DNA from: a virus
Taxonomy: Duplodnaviria; Caudoviricetes
Length of the DNA stretch: 37,760 bases
Virus record (IMG/VR): IMGVR_UViG_3300026302_000043
Coordinates: 1 to 37,760 of that record
Strand: one strand, 5' to 3'
In this document: positions 1-7,279 of the stretch, one piece after another
Position numbering within the stretch: the stretch's first letter is position 1
Layout of the letters: each line of letters starts with the position of its first letter
Translations under genes and position numbers: made by a program
The notes under the pieces: model-generated
What the model was told of the DNA's origin: nothing
What the model saw: only the letters and a program-made list of their open reading frames with translations
Database searches by the model: none

Positions 1-76
1 CCTCGTGGTCCAGCACCAATCTGACAGCGCGTTCGCGCACCTCGGGTGAAAACTTGTTCGTCGTTTTGCTCGTCAT
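1..76 (-). CDS. IS3-family transposase OrfA N-terminus (partial)
   Basis: ATG at 76 gives MTSKTTNKFSPEVRERAVRLVLDHE..., the characteristic IS3 OrfA start; not in the ORF track. Confidence 0.88.
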   Translation of the reverse strand, partial: MTSKTTNKFSPEVRERAVRLVLDHE

Positions 77-127
77 GGCTCCATCCTATTTGGAAGTTGG
101 AGCCTCCGGCAAACCGGGGGCGGTTCA
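1..127 (-). mobile_element. IS3-family (IS51-like) insertion sequence, left end, truncated by window edge
   Basis: Minus strand from 127 reads TGAACCGCCCCCGGTTTGCCGGAGGCTCCAAC, a typical IS3/IS51-group terminus, followed by an RBS and a transposase-like start. Confidence 0.9.
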
Positions 128-905
128 CATCGTCGATCTCGAGGATTTCACGCCTCCCGCACGACGAGCGGAGGCGCGCTCTCGCCTCGCAGCCTATGTC
201 GAGGGATGCCGGGCACGCGGGCTTGTCGCCGCCATCCGCATCAACCAGCTTGAAGGCGACGGCATAGAGGACCTCGCCGCCGCCATGGCGACACGGCCCG
301 ATGTGATTGCTCTCCCCATGTGCGAACGCGTGGCGCAGATTCATGCGCTGGATGCCGCCATCACGAATTGGGAAGCGCGCCTTGGCTTGGCGCCGGGCCT
401 CACAGAGCTGCTCCCCGTCTGCGAAACAGCCCAAGGCGTGGCGGATGTGCGTCTCTTTGCCGCGGCCTCCCCCCGCGTTCGCGGCGCGCTGCTCGGTGCG
501 GAAGACCTGGCCAATGACCTCAACGCCATCCGCGGGCCGGATGCCGTGGAACTCGATTACGCCCGCCGGCGCTTTCTGCTGGAATGCCGCGCCGCCAAAA
601 TCGAGCCGATCGACGCCCCCTTCACCTTTGCCGATGTCAAAGGTGCTGTCCACGAAGCCCAATATGCCCGTCGCCTCGGCTATCTTTCCAAGTCGCTTGT
701 GCGCCCCGATCACGCGGCCGCCATCAACGCAGCCCTGACGCCGGATGCGCAGGAGATTGCCAAAGCAGAGGCCATCATCACGGGCTTTGAAGCAGGCCGG
801 GCACGCGGCGAGGATCGCGTTTTGATTGACGGCCTCTGGGTGGAAGTCCCCGCCTATCGAAATGCGAAGCGTCTCCTTGAGCGTGCGAAGCGGTTGGAGA
901 GCTGA
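128..905 (+). pseudogene. HpcH/HpaI aldolase/citrate lyase beta-subunit (CitE-like) gene, 5' end separated by IS insertion
   Basis: IVDLED, AIRIN, ETAQGV, GAEDLANDL and IDAPF motifs; the first ~24 residues of the 54..905 ORF are IS sequence, so the native N-terminus is missing. Confidence 0.8.
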
Positions 906-931
906 AAGGGGCGTAGCGGCTCGGTAAAAGC

Positions 932-977
932 TGGAGCGGGTGAAGGGAATCGAACCCTCGTATTCAGCTTGGAAGGC
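932..977. repeat. att core (duplicated 3' part of tRNA-Gly), left prophage boundary
   Basis: TGGAGCGGGTGAAGGGAATCGAACCCTCGTATTCAGCTTGGAAGGC is identical to 37522-37567 (46 bp). Confidence 0.97.
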
Positions 978-1040
978 AAAGAGAAAGAAGGCTGCAACTT
1001 GATGATGTTTCTGCCTTATTTGTAATTGGTGCGGTTTTAA

Positions 1041-1058
1041 TCGGGAGTTTTTTCGGGA
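1041..1058 (+). promoter_or_regulatory. Candidate integrase arm-type sites (tandem TCGGGA)
   Basis: TCGGGAgttttTTCGGGA here matches TCGGGAcattTTCGGGA at 37398-37414, inside the other att end. Confidence 0.5.
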
Positions 1059-1069
1059 AAACATGCTGT

Positions 1070-1276
1070 TTATCGAAGGGGCGCGTCTGAGTAGCATTTT
1101 TCATCTGGGTCCCAATTGCATTTCTCGCAGCGCCTCCGGCCATTATTGCACAAAAGCATTCTCTGGCGGTTGCAGTTTGGGCATGTTGTTCCGTCATAAT
1201 CTCCTGACCAGTCACGCTCCTGTTGTGCTTCTTCTTCCTGCTGTTCGCGGATGATATCAGCAAGGTTTCTCGTCAT
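1070..1276 (-). CDS. Small zinc-ribbon-like protein (68 aa)
   Basis: ATG overlaps the integrase stop (ATGA); MTRNLADII...CPNC...CEKC...; it is the C-terminal part of the 1070..2161 ORF. Confidence 0.7.
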   Translation of the reverse strand: MTRNLADIIREQQEEEAQQERDWSGDYDGTTCPNCNRQRMLLCNNGRRRCEKCNWDPDEKCYSDAPLR

Positions 1277-2430
1277 TTCGTCGCTGCCTTCTTGCTGGTG
1301 CTGATATCGTCCATGGCGGCGGCGAGTTCGTCGTCCAGCACATGGGCATATTTCGCCGTGGTGGCGATGGAGGAATGGCGCAGGAGCTTCTGCACCATTT
1401 TGAGGTTGCGGGACTGGCGCAGGAGGCGCGTGGCGGCCGTGTGGCGCATGTCGTGGAAGCGGAGGCCCGCGACCTGATTTTCCCGGCTGTTGGGGATGCC
1501 TGCGGCCTCGCGCGCCTTGCGCCAGTAGTAGGACAGGTTCCACCACTTCATAGGGATTTTGCCCTCGCGGCCCTTGCGCTTGCCGTGCTGTTCCGTGGGG
1601 GTGAAGGTGAAGACGAATTCGGGGTGGTTGCCCTGCAGGGGGAACAGCAGCTCGCGCAGGCTGTTGGAGAGCGGAACGGTTGCAACCTTGTCGCCTTTGC
1701 CGTGAACCGTGATCTGCCGGTTGCCCCAGCTGATCCAATCCCAGCGCAGGCCGACAACCTCGGAGAGGCGGCACCCTGACATGATGGCGAACAGGATCGG
1801 CGGGTGGAACGCTTCGGGCAGGTGCTCGAAAATGCGGGCTTCCTCGTCCTCGCTCGCCTCGCGGATGCGCTCGGTCTTTTCGGGGAGCATGTGCTTTTTC
1901 CAGTTGATGCGGAGCACCTGCGCATCCCAATTCTCGGCGGCGGCCTTGAGCACGCGGCGCAGGGGTTGCGTGACGGATCGGTTGACCGTGGCGTTGGAAA
2001 CGGGGCGCGGCGGCTCGGCCGCCTTCGCCTTTTCGCCCCGCTTGGTCTTGGGTTTGGTGGGCTTGATGGTGTCGGCCCGGCGCTTGGTGACGAGCCGGGC
2101 GACCATATCGTTGTTGATGGCGGTGAGCGGGGTAGACTTGCCAATCTCCCGCTGCAGCCAAGCCAGCTGCGCCATGACCTCGCGAGGCTTGGCCGCATAC
2201 TGGCCGATATCCTCGTAATAGCGCGTGGAAGCGAGGCCGAATGTCAGGGTGCCGGTGGAGGCGGAAGCCTGTTGCCGGGCCGCCTCTTTTTTGGCTCTGA
2301 CAATCTGTTCTGCCTCTCGGCGGTTTGCCGTGCCAGTAGAACCGTGAAATCGGTTACCTTTGATGAGGAAGTCATAATGATAGAGGGGGCTTCCTTGGCG
2401 TTGGAACAGCCCTGTTTCTCGCTTGCCCAT
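1273..2430 (-). CDS. int: Tyrosine recombinase / phage integrase
   Basis: GCRLSE (R), GKGDK (K), FHDMRH, LRHSSIATTAKYAH (H, Y); GGAGG RBS before ATG 2430; next to att. Confidence 0.96.
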   Translation of the reverse strand: MGKRETGLFQRQGSPLYHYDFLIKGNRFHGSTGTANRREAEQIVRAKKEAARQQASASTGTLTFGLASTRYYEDIGQYAAKPREVMAQLAWLQREIGKSTPLTAINNDMVARLVTKRRADTIKPTKPKTKRGEKAKAAEPPRPVSNATVNRSVTQPLRRVLKAAAENWDAQVLRINWKKHMLPEKTERIREASEDEEARIFEHLPEAFHPPILFAIMSGCRLSEVVGLRWDWISWGNRQITVHGKGDKVATVPLSNSLRELLFPLQGNHPEFVFTFTPTEQHGKRKGREGKIPMKWWNLSYYWRKAREAAGIPNSRENQVAGLRFHDMRHTAATRLLRQSRNLKMVQKLLRHSSIATTAKYAHVLDDELAAAMDDISTSKKAATK

Positions 2431-2609
2431 GTGCGTCGTCCTCCGCAAAAGGCGTCCAGATCAGCCGGGTCGAAGCGGTAGGCGGCCCGCTTCATGCCCC
2501 GGCCCATGTCGATGTAGGGGAGTTTCCCCTTTGTCACCAGCTTGCGCAACTGGCTGATGGAAATGGCGAGGCGTTCGGCCGCCTCCCGCGCTGTCAGGAG
2601 TTCGGGCAT
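2244..2609 (-). CDS. xis: Excisionase-like helix-turn-helix protein
   Basis: LLTAREAAERLAISISQLRKLVTKGKLPYI...YRFDPADLDAF, an HTH_17/Xis pattern; upstream of and overlapping int. Confidence 0.8.
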   Translation of the reverse strand: MPELLTAREAAERLAISISQLRKLVTKGKLPYIDMGRGMKRAAYRFDPADLDAFCGGRRTWASEKQGCSNAKEAPSIIMTSSSKVTDFTVLLARQTAERQNRLSEPKKRRPGNRLPPPPAP

Positions 2610-2860
2610 TCTTCCCTCCTGATTTCGTGGTACTCGATGTTGATCATCGGCGGGCCGAAGTGCAGCAACAGGCCGCCGACACGCGCCGCTGTCTTGAGGT
2701 TTTGCGCGCGCCAGCAGCTGGCGAAAGCTTCCGCCTCATTCGCGGCGCTCTCGATCAGGCCGGGGATGAGGAAGCCCTGTTTGTCCACGGACAGGGTTCC
2801 ATCAAACAGGCCAAGGCGGCTTTCGCCCATGGCGACGGTGAGGGCGAATTCAATCGACAT
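2594..2860 (-). CDS. Hypothetical phage protein (88 aa)
   Basis: MSIEFALTV... with GGAGG RBS; tightly packed in the leftward operon. Confidence 0.65.
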   Translation of the reverse strand: MSIEFALTVAMGESRLGLFDGTLSVDKQGFLIPGLIESAANEAEAFASCWRAQNLKTAARVGGLLLHFGPPMINIEYHEIRREECPNS

Positions 2861-3218
2861 AGGGAAGCCTCCGGGTGAAGTTCTCCGGCGCGGGCGTCGG
2901 CTTGTGCTGCGGATTGCGGAGGCGATACCGGGCGTGCTTGTTGTCGCGCTTGGCGGCGGCAACTGCGTTCGCCTGCGCGTCTTCCAGCGCGGCTTGCGTG
3001 GCCGCTTCGGTGCCTTTGGCCGTAAGGACGGCGGAGTTGCTGCCTTCGACGCGGCGCATGAGGTCCAGCGCGATCAGGGATTGCACGGTGGACGCATTGA
3101 TGCGCGGGCCGCCGAGAAAACTGGTGGAATAGTGCTTCCCGACCGGAACAAGCATGTTCATGGTGGCGCTGCGGGCGGCGCGCAGGGCGTAAAGCTGGCT
3201 GTGTGAAAACTTGGTCAT
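2850..3218 (-). CDS. Hypothetical protein, winged-helix-like
   Basis: MTKFSHSQ...TVQSLIALDLMRR...AVLTAKG resembles a wHTH; GGAGG RBS. Confidence 0.65.
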   Translation of the reverse strand: MTKFSHSQLYALRAARSATMNMLVPVGKHYSTSFLGGPRINASTVQSLIALDLMRRVEGSNSAVLTAKGTEAATQAALEDAQANAVAAAKRDNKHARYRLRNPQHKPTPAPENFTRRLPYVD

Positions 3219-3358
3219 GACGCGATCCTCCGGTTGAGGAACGCCCATCCGCGCATGGTGCGAATGGCCCAGCCCATGCCCAGGGCGGCGAGAAGGATCA
3301 GGGTTGGCGTCAACGCAACAAGGACCGCAACCTTTGGGTAAGAATTTTGAATGCACAT
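3215..3358 (-). CDS. Small single-TM membrane peptide (47 aa), first gene of the leftward operon
   Basis: MCIQNSYPKVAVLVALTPTLILLAALGMGWAIRTMRGWAFLNRRIAS; GGAGG RBS; stop overlaps the next ATG (ATGA). Confidence 0.6.
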   Translation of the reverse strand: MCIQNSYPKVAVLVALTPTLILLAALGMGWAIRTMRGWAFLNRRIAS

Positions 3359-3447
3359 AACGGCCTCCGTTCGGCGCGCAAATCATCTGCGCCGGGCGAC
3401 CGTATGAAAACAATTCACATTTGAAAAGAGTGTGAATTGAAAATTAA

Positions 3448-3464
3448 TTCAAACTCACTTTGAA
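3448..3464. promoter_or_regulatory. Candidate repressor operator (OL-like) TTCAAA-N5-TTTGAA
   Basis: Perfect palindrome in an AT-rich gap; same motif at 4210-4226. Confidence 0.7.
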
Positions 3465-3465
3465 A

Positions 3466-4092
3466 TCAGTTAGGGCGAATGGGCCGCGAGGTGCGACGAA
3501 CCACGCCTTTGATGGCCACATCGGACAGGCCAACAATGTCCATCACGTTCTTGCGCTGGTCGAAATAGGCCGTTGTCAGGAAGGGAAAGCGCTGGTGCGT
3601 GCGGTAAAGCCGGAAGACGGTTGTTGCCGACATGGGGCCGGTGAAAATCTGCGCGCAGACGATATCCCCGTCCTCCGGCAACAGGGACAGGTCAACGAAA
3701 AGCTCGTCTCCGGGCAGGATGCCTAGGGCTTCAAGCGCGTTTGAACGGATTTCCCAGCGATCCGTTGTCGCACTTTCCTCCTCGCGCGCACCCTGAAAAG
3801 GCACGGCTTCCTCTGCAAAGCCCGGCGCGGCGCGGAATTCCAGCGGGCCGGGAACCCCGTAGCGCGCCTTGATATCCTCCACCGTGGCGTCAGACAGCAC
3901 GCGATCCTTATCCGGGTTGCGTAGCTCGGTGAGTGTGCCGGGGTTCTTTTCTGCGTTGCGCGCGATAACGGAGAGTGTGTCCCCGGAGCGCTCACAAAGC
4001 CATTGCAGCCATTCCAGCTGCGCCCGCCGCAACTCGGCGCGGGACATGGTGCCAGCAGATTGAAGCGACGATTTGGGCGCGTGCGCGAGCAT
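3466..4092 (-). CDS. CI-like repressor (N-terminal HTH plus S24-like C-terminal domain); start uncertain
   Basis: LSVIARNAEKNPGTLTEL HTH; GFAEEAVPF linker; LGILPGDELFVD...PEDGDIVCAQ...IKGVV S24-like C-terminus; divergent from a cro-like gene. Confidence 0.85.
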   Translation of the reverse strand: MLAHAPKSSLQSAGTMSRAELRRAQLEWLQWLCERSGDTLSVIARNAEKNPGTLTELRNPDKDRVLSDATVEDIKARYGVPGPLEFRAAPGFAEEAVPFQGAREEESATTDRWEIRSNALEALGILPGDELFVDLSLLPEDGDIVCAQIFTGPMSATTVFRLYRTHQRFPFLTTAYFDQRKNVMDIVGLSDVAIKGVVRRTSRPIRPN

Positions 4093-4209
4093 GGCGGTTT
4101 TCCGCATCTGGTTGGGGTGGTCCCCAAGAATGCTACGCACACTTTCAACAAGCATTGGCAAAACGCCCATTGACCATTCGACACAAATCAGATGGACGTT
4201 TGAATTAAG

Positions 4210-4226
4210 TTCAAATTGCGTTTGAA
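4210..4226. promoter_or_regulatory. Candidate repressor operator (OR-like) TTCAAA-N5-TTTGAA
   Basis: Palindrome just before the cro-like RBS; an extra TTTGAA half-site at 4199-4204. Confidence 0.7.
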
Positions 4227-4236
4227 GGAAGCACGA

Positions 4237-4461
4237 ATGAACGACCTCGGCAAGAGGGCGAAGGCTATCGGCTTGACTGCGAAGCAAATCGCGGAAGAAA
4301 GCGGCCTTGTTCCGCCCACGGTTGGCCGCGTCCTGAAGGGGCAAGGCGACCATCTGGAAAGCACGATTGGCAAGGTGCGGGCCGCGATTGAGCGGCACGA
4401 GCGCGAGCGCCTTTCGCAGCTGGCTATCCGCGTTGCTGGCGCGGGGGCGTGCCATGCATGA
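4237..4461 (+). CDS. Cro-like HTH regulator
   Basis: GLTAKQIAEESGLVPPTVGRVLKG HTH; divergent from the repressor. Confidence 0.8.
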   Translation: MNDLGKRAKAIGLTAKQIAEESGLVPPTVGRVLKGQGDHLESTIGKVRAAIERHERERLSQLAIRVAGAGACHA

Positions 4462-4691
4462 CAGAGCGCAACACCATGTTGATTTCGGCGCAGCTGGAAG
4501 GCGTGCAGGCGCTGCTGGCGCGGGTGAATACCTCACTGGAACGCGCATGCGAACAGCGCCACGCGGAGGCGATTGCGAAGCTGCGCGCGGATCAGCATCT
4601 GCTGGAAGCGGTGTGCGTGACGCTGGGCTGGCTGGCGAAGGATCGCGAGGGCTGCATTCAGCTGCTGAGCGTGAGCCGGCCGAAAAAATAG
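4458..4691 (+). CDS. Hypothetical protein (77 aa)
   Basis: ATGA coupling to the cro-like stop; helical composition. Confidence 0.6.
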   Translation: MTERNTMLISAQLEGVQALLARVNTSLERACEQRHAEAIAKLRADQHLLEAVCVTLGWLAKDREGCIQLLSVSRPKK

Positions 4692-4693
4692 AT

Positions 4694-5275
4694 GTGCGCA
4701 CAAAAATTGCCCGCGCCAAGGCACGCCGGGAATTGATGGCCCGGCTTGATGCCCGGCGCGCGGAGGAAGGCTTTTCGCGGGCCGAGTGGGCGCGCGCTGC
4801 CGATGTGTCCGAAATGACAATCCGCCGGGGTGTGGCCGGTGACCCGTCGCCCTCGGCCACGACGATTGCCAAACTGCGCAACGGCCTTACGGCCCTGCGC
4901 GGCGAGAATGCTGGCGGCATGGTGACTTCCCCGGAGGCGGTGCGTGCGCTGGGCGAGGCCCTGACCGCAACGGCGGCGCAACTGCTGGGCGTGCCTGTGG
5001 CGCTGTGCCATGCGGTTTCGCCCCAGCACGGCACGCGCGGCGCTTCGGCTGATGTTCTGACCCGCAAGGCGCATCTGGCGCGCGGGCTGACCTTTTACAT
5101 GCTTAATCAGGTTTACGGGGTTTCGCAGGCTGCGATTGCCCGCGCCTATCAGATGGCCAAACCGCCGATCTGCCGCCTGATCCCGCAAATCGAGGATGCG
5201 CGCGACGATGCGGGTTTTGATGCCGTGGTGCTGCAGATGGCCGGTTCCGTGAACCGCGCCTCGGCGCTGGCGTGA
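4694..5275 (+). CDS. Two-HTH regulator: XRE-like N-terminus plus DnaA domain IV-like C-terminus; start uncertain
   Basis: FSRAEWARAADVSEMTIRRG (XRE HTH); ARGLTFYMLNQVYGVSQAAIARAY...QIEDARDDAGFD resembles Bac_DnaA_C. Confidence 0.65.
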   Translation: MRTKIARAKARRELMARLDARRAEEGFSRAEWARAADVSEMTIRRGVAGDPSPSATTIAKLRNGLTALRGENAGGMVTSPEAVRALGEALTATAAQLLGVPVALCHAVSPQHGTRGASADVLTRKAHLARGLTFYMLNQVYGVSQAAIARAYQMAKPPICRLIPQIEDARDDAGFDAVVLQMAGSVNRASALA

Positions 5276-5278
5276 GGT

Positions 5279-6325
5279 GTGGCGATGAAACGCGACAGTA
5301 TCGGCCCGCTGGTGAATGCCTTGGCCTCGCGCGCCAGCGACATTGCGCGGGTGCTGCTGCCCGCCGGAGTGGCGGAAGGCAACGAGTGGGCCTCAAGCTC
5401 CAAGAACCATCCCGATATCGGCGCGGTTTCCGTGGTGGTGACGGGCGCGAAGGCGGGGCGCGTGGGCTTCTGGGGCGGGCGGCCGGATGCTCCGGGAACG
5501 AATGGCGGCGATCTGCTGCACCTGATCATGGCGGTGCATCGCTGTGACCTGAAAGCGGCCATGGAGCACGCGCGGAGCTACCTCGGCGGCGCTGCCCCGG
5601 TGATTGACGAGCCGCGCGCGATTGCCGAACGCGAGGACAAGACGCGGCGGCAAGCGGAAATCGAGGCGTGGAAGATTGCCCGCGTGCGCGAACTGCACGC
5701 CAAGGCGCGCCCGCTGCTGGACAGCGAGGGCGTGCGCTATCTGCTCTCGCGCGGGATTGATCCGCGCCGGTTGTTCAACCTCTCGGACCGGGTGCGCTTT
5801 CTGAAAAGTGCGGAGTGGTGGCAGGGCGCGCGGCGCGAGGGCAACCGGCGCGCGCCGGGGCCGTATTTCCCCGCGATCATCTGCGCCGTGGATAACATTG
5901 CGGGCGAACAGCACGCGGGGCATTTCACGTTCCTCTCCCGCGATTTGACCGGGAAAGCCCCGGTCGAAAAGCCCAAGCTGATGATGGGGCCGGTTGGAAC
6001 CGGGCAGATTTACCTGCGCCGCGCCGCCGGGGCTGGCGTGCTGCAGGTGGTGAATGAGGGGATGGAAAACGGCCTGACCGCCATGATGGCCCATGGCCCG
6101 GCGGATGAAGCCATTGTTTCCCCCAGCCTCGCGCAGCTCAAGCATGTGCCGGTTTTCGATGGGTGCATGGGCCGGATCATCTGCCCGCACAACGATTGGA
6201 GCAACGAAGGCGCAACGCGCGAATTCGAGCGCTCTCTTGATGCCCTGCGCCGCCAAGGCGTGCCGCTGCGCGTGCTGCGCGCGAGCGGCGGCGTGAATGA
6301 CCTCAACGACATGGTGAAGCCCTAG
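5279..6325 (+). CDS. Phage DNA primase (TOPRIM)
   Basis: GGDLLHLI, YLLSRGI, HFTFL, KPKLMMG, EGMENGL and NDLND motifs. Confidence 0.85.
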   Translation: MAMKRDSIGPLVNALASRASDIARVLLPAGVAEGNEWASSSKNHPDIGAVSVVVTGAKAGRVGFWGGRPDAPGTNGGDLLHLIMAVHRCDLKAAMEHARSYLGGAAPVIDEPRAIAEREDKTRRQAEIEAWKIARVRELHAKARPLLDSEGVRYLLSRGIDPRRLFNLSDRVRFLKSAEWWQGARREGNRRAPGPYFPAIICAVDNIAGEQHAGHFTFLSRDLTGKAPVEKPKLMMGPVGTGQIYLRRAAGAGVLQVVNEGMENGLTAMMAHGPADEAIVSPSLAQLKHVPVFDGCMGRIICPHNDWSNEGATREFERSLDALRRQGVPLRVLRASGGVNDLNDMVKP

Positions 6326-6331
6326 GAGGGG

Positions 6332-6898
6332 ATGATGGTGATGCATGTTAAGGTTTCAGTTGAAAGTCTACGCGACCGCCTCAAGCGGCGGCTAAGAAAA
6401 GCACACTTCACTATTTTTGATGCGGCTCTTTCGTTTGTCTTGGATCGGCATCCGGGGCGTGGAGACAACAGCATTCGTTATGCTGAAAATGAGCTGCAGA
6501 TTGCGGGGTATTTCGACGAAGATGGCTTCTACGGCGGCATGATTGGCAAAGCAGTCATGCGGCAAGTCAAGCTGTTCGCTTTGGAGGGGCATTCCGGTTC
6601 TTCGGCCTCTATCTGCCGCGCGATAGCAGATCGCGTGCTGGCATGGCATCCGCTCACACCCATAACAGGGGCGGATGATGAGTGGGATGAGGTCGGACAT
6701 GGGGTCTTCCAGAACAAGCGCATGTCTTCGATCTTCAAAGAGAACGGGGTAGCGTATCGGATTGATGGCCGTGTTTTCCGGGAGCCTTCCGGTGCGTGCT
6801 ATACGAGCCGCGACAGCCGCGTCCCGGTTTTATTCCCTTGGGAGTATCAAGAGGCTGAGATTGTCTCCGTTGATGGGCGGGGGGCACCCCATGGCTGA
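6332..6898 (+). CDS. Conserved phage hypothetical protein (GHSGxSA type)
   Basis: FALEGHSGSSAS...PLTPITGADDEW...FQNKRMSSIFK; AGGAGG RBS; visibly AT-richer. Confidence 0.75.
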   Translation: MMVMHVKVSVESLRDRLKRRLRKAHFTIFDAALSFVLDRHPGRGDNSIRYAENELQIAGYFDEDGFYGGMIGKAVMRQVKLFALEGHSGSSASICRAIADRVLAWHPLTPITGADDEWDEVGHGVFQNKRMSSIFKENGVAYRIDGRVFREPSGACYTSRDSRVPVLFPWEYQEAEIVSVDGRGAPHG

Positions 6899-7268
6899 TA
6901 TCGAAGATGTTCCCCTGCAGCTGGCGGTGACGGCGGCGGCGATTGTGGTGCCGGAGTGGTTGCCGGGCGTGAAGGCCAAGGATGCGCCGCGCCATGTGGC
7001 GGAAATGGCCGCGACCCTGCGCCGCTACCCGGACAGCAAGCCGGAAACCCTGTGGATCACGGTGCAGGCGGCCGCCAAGCTCAAGGCTTGGGATGATGCG
7101 CCCTATGCCGTGAAGCGCGCCTTTGGCGTGTTCCGCGCGGTGCTGCTGGCGATGGACGAAGGGCTTGCGCCCGAACCCGCCAAGCCCAAGCCGCACGCGG
7201 GCGAGAAAATGCCCCTGCGCTCGGTTTTCGATGAGCGCCCGAAACTCGCTGACCTTGTGCGCAAATAA
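6891..7268 (+). CDS. Hypothetical protein
   Basis: MADIEDVPLQ..., overlapping the upstream stop; host-like codon usage. Confidence 0.65.
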   Translation: MADIEDVPLQLAVTAAAIVVPEWLPGVKAKDAPRHVAEMAATLRRYPDSKPETLWITVQAAAKLKAWDDAPYAVKRAFGVFRAVLLAMDEGLAPEPAKPKPHAGEKMPLRSVFDERPKLADLVRK

Positions 7269-7279
7269 GGGTTCCTGAC

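Noticed and set aside
54..127. N-terminus of the 283-aa ORF as native CitE sequence
   Set aside because: It is the IS3 terminal repeat and transposase start read on the opposite strand
932..977. A second tRNA-Gly gene
   Set aside because: Only the 3' 46 nt are present; the D-arm and 5' acceptor strand are missing
1277..2161. 363-aa ORF overlapping the integrase
   Set aside because: Alternate-frame artefact of high GC; only 1070-1276 looks like a real gene
4093..5067. 533-aa extended repressor ORF
   Set aside because: The extension crosses the divergent promoter and is antisense to cro-side genes
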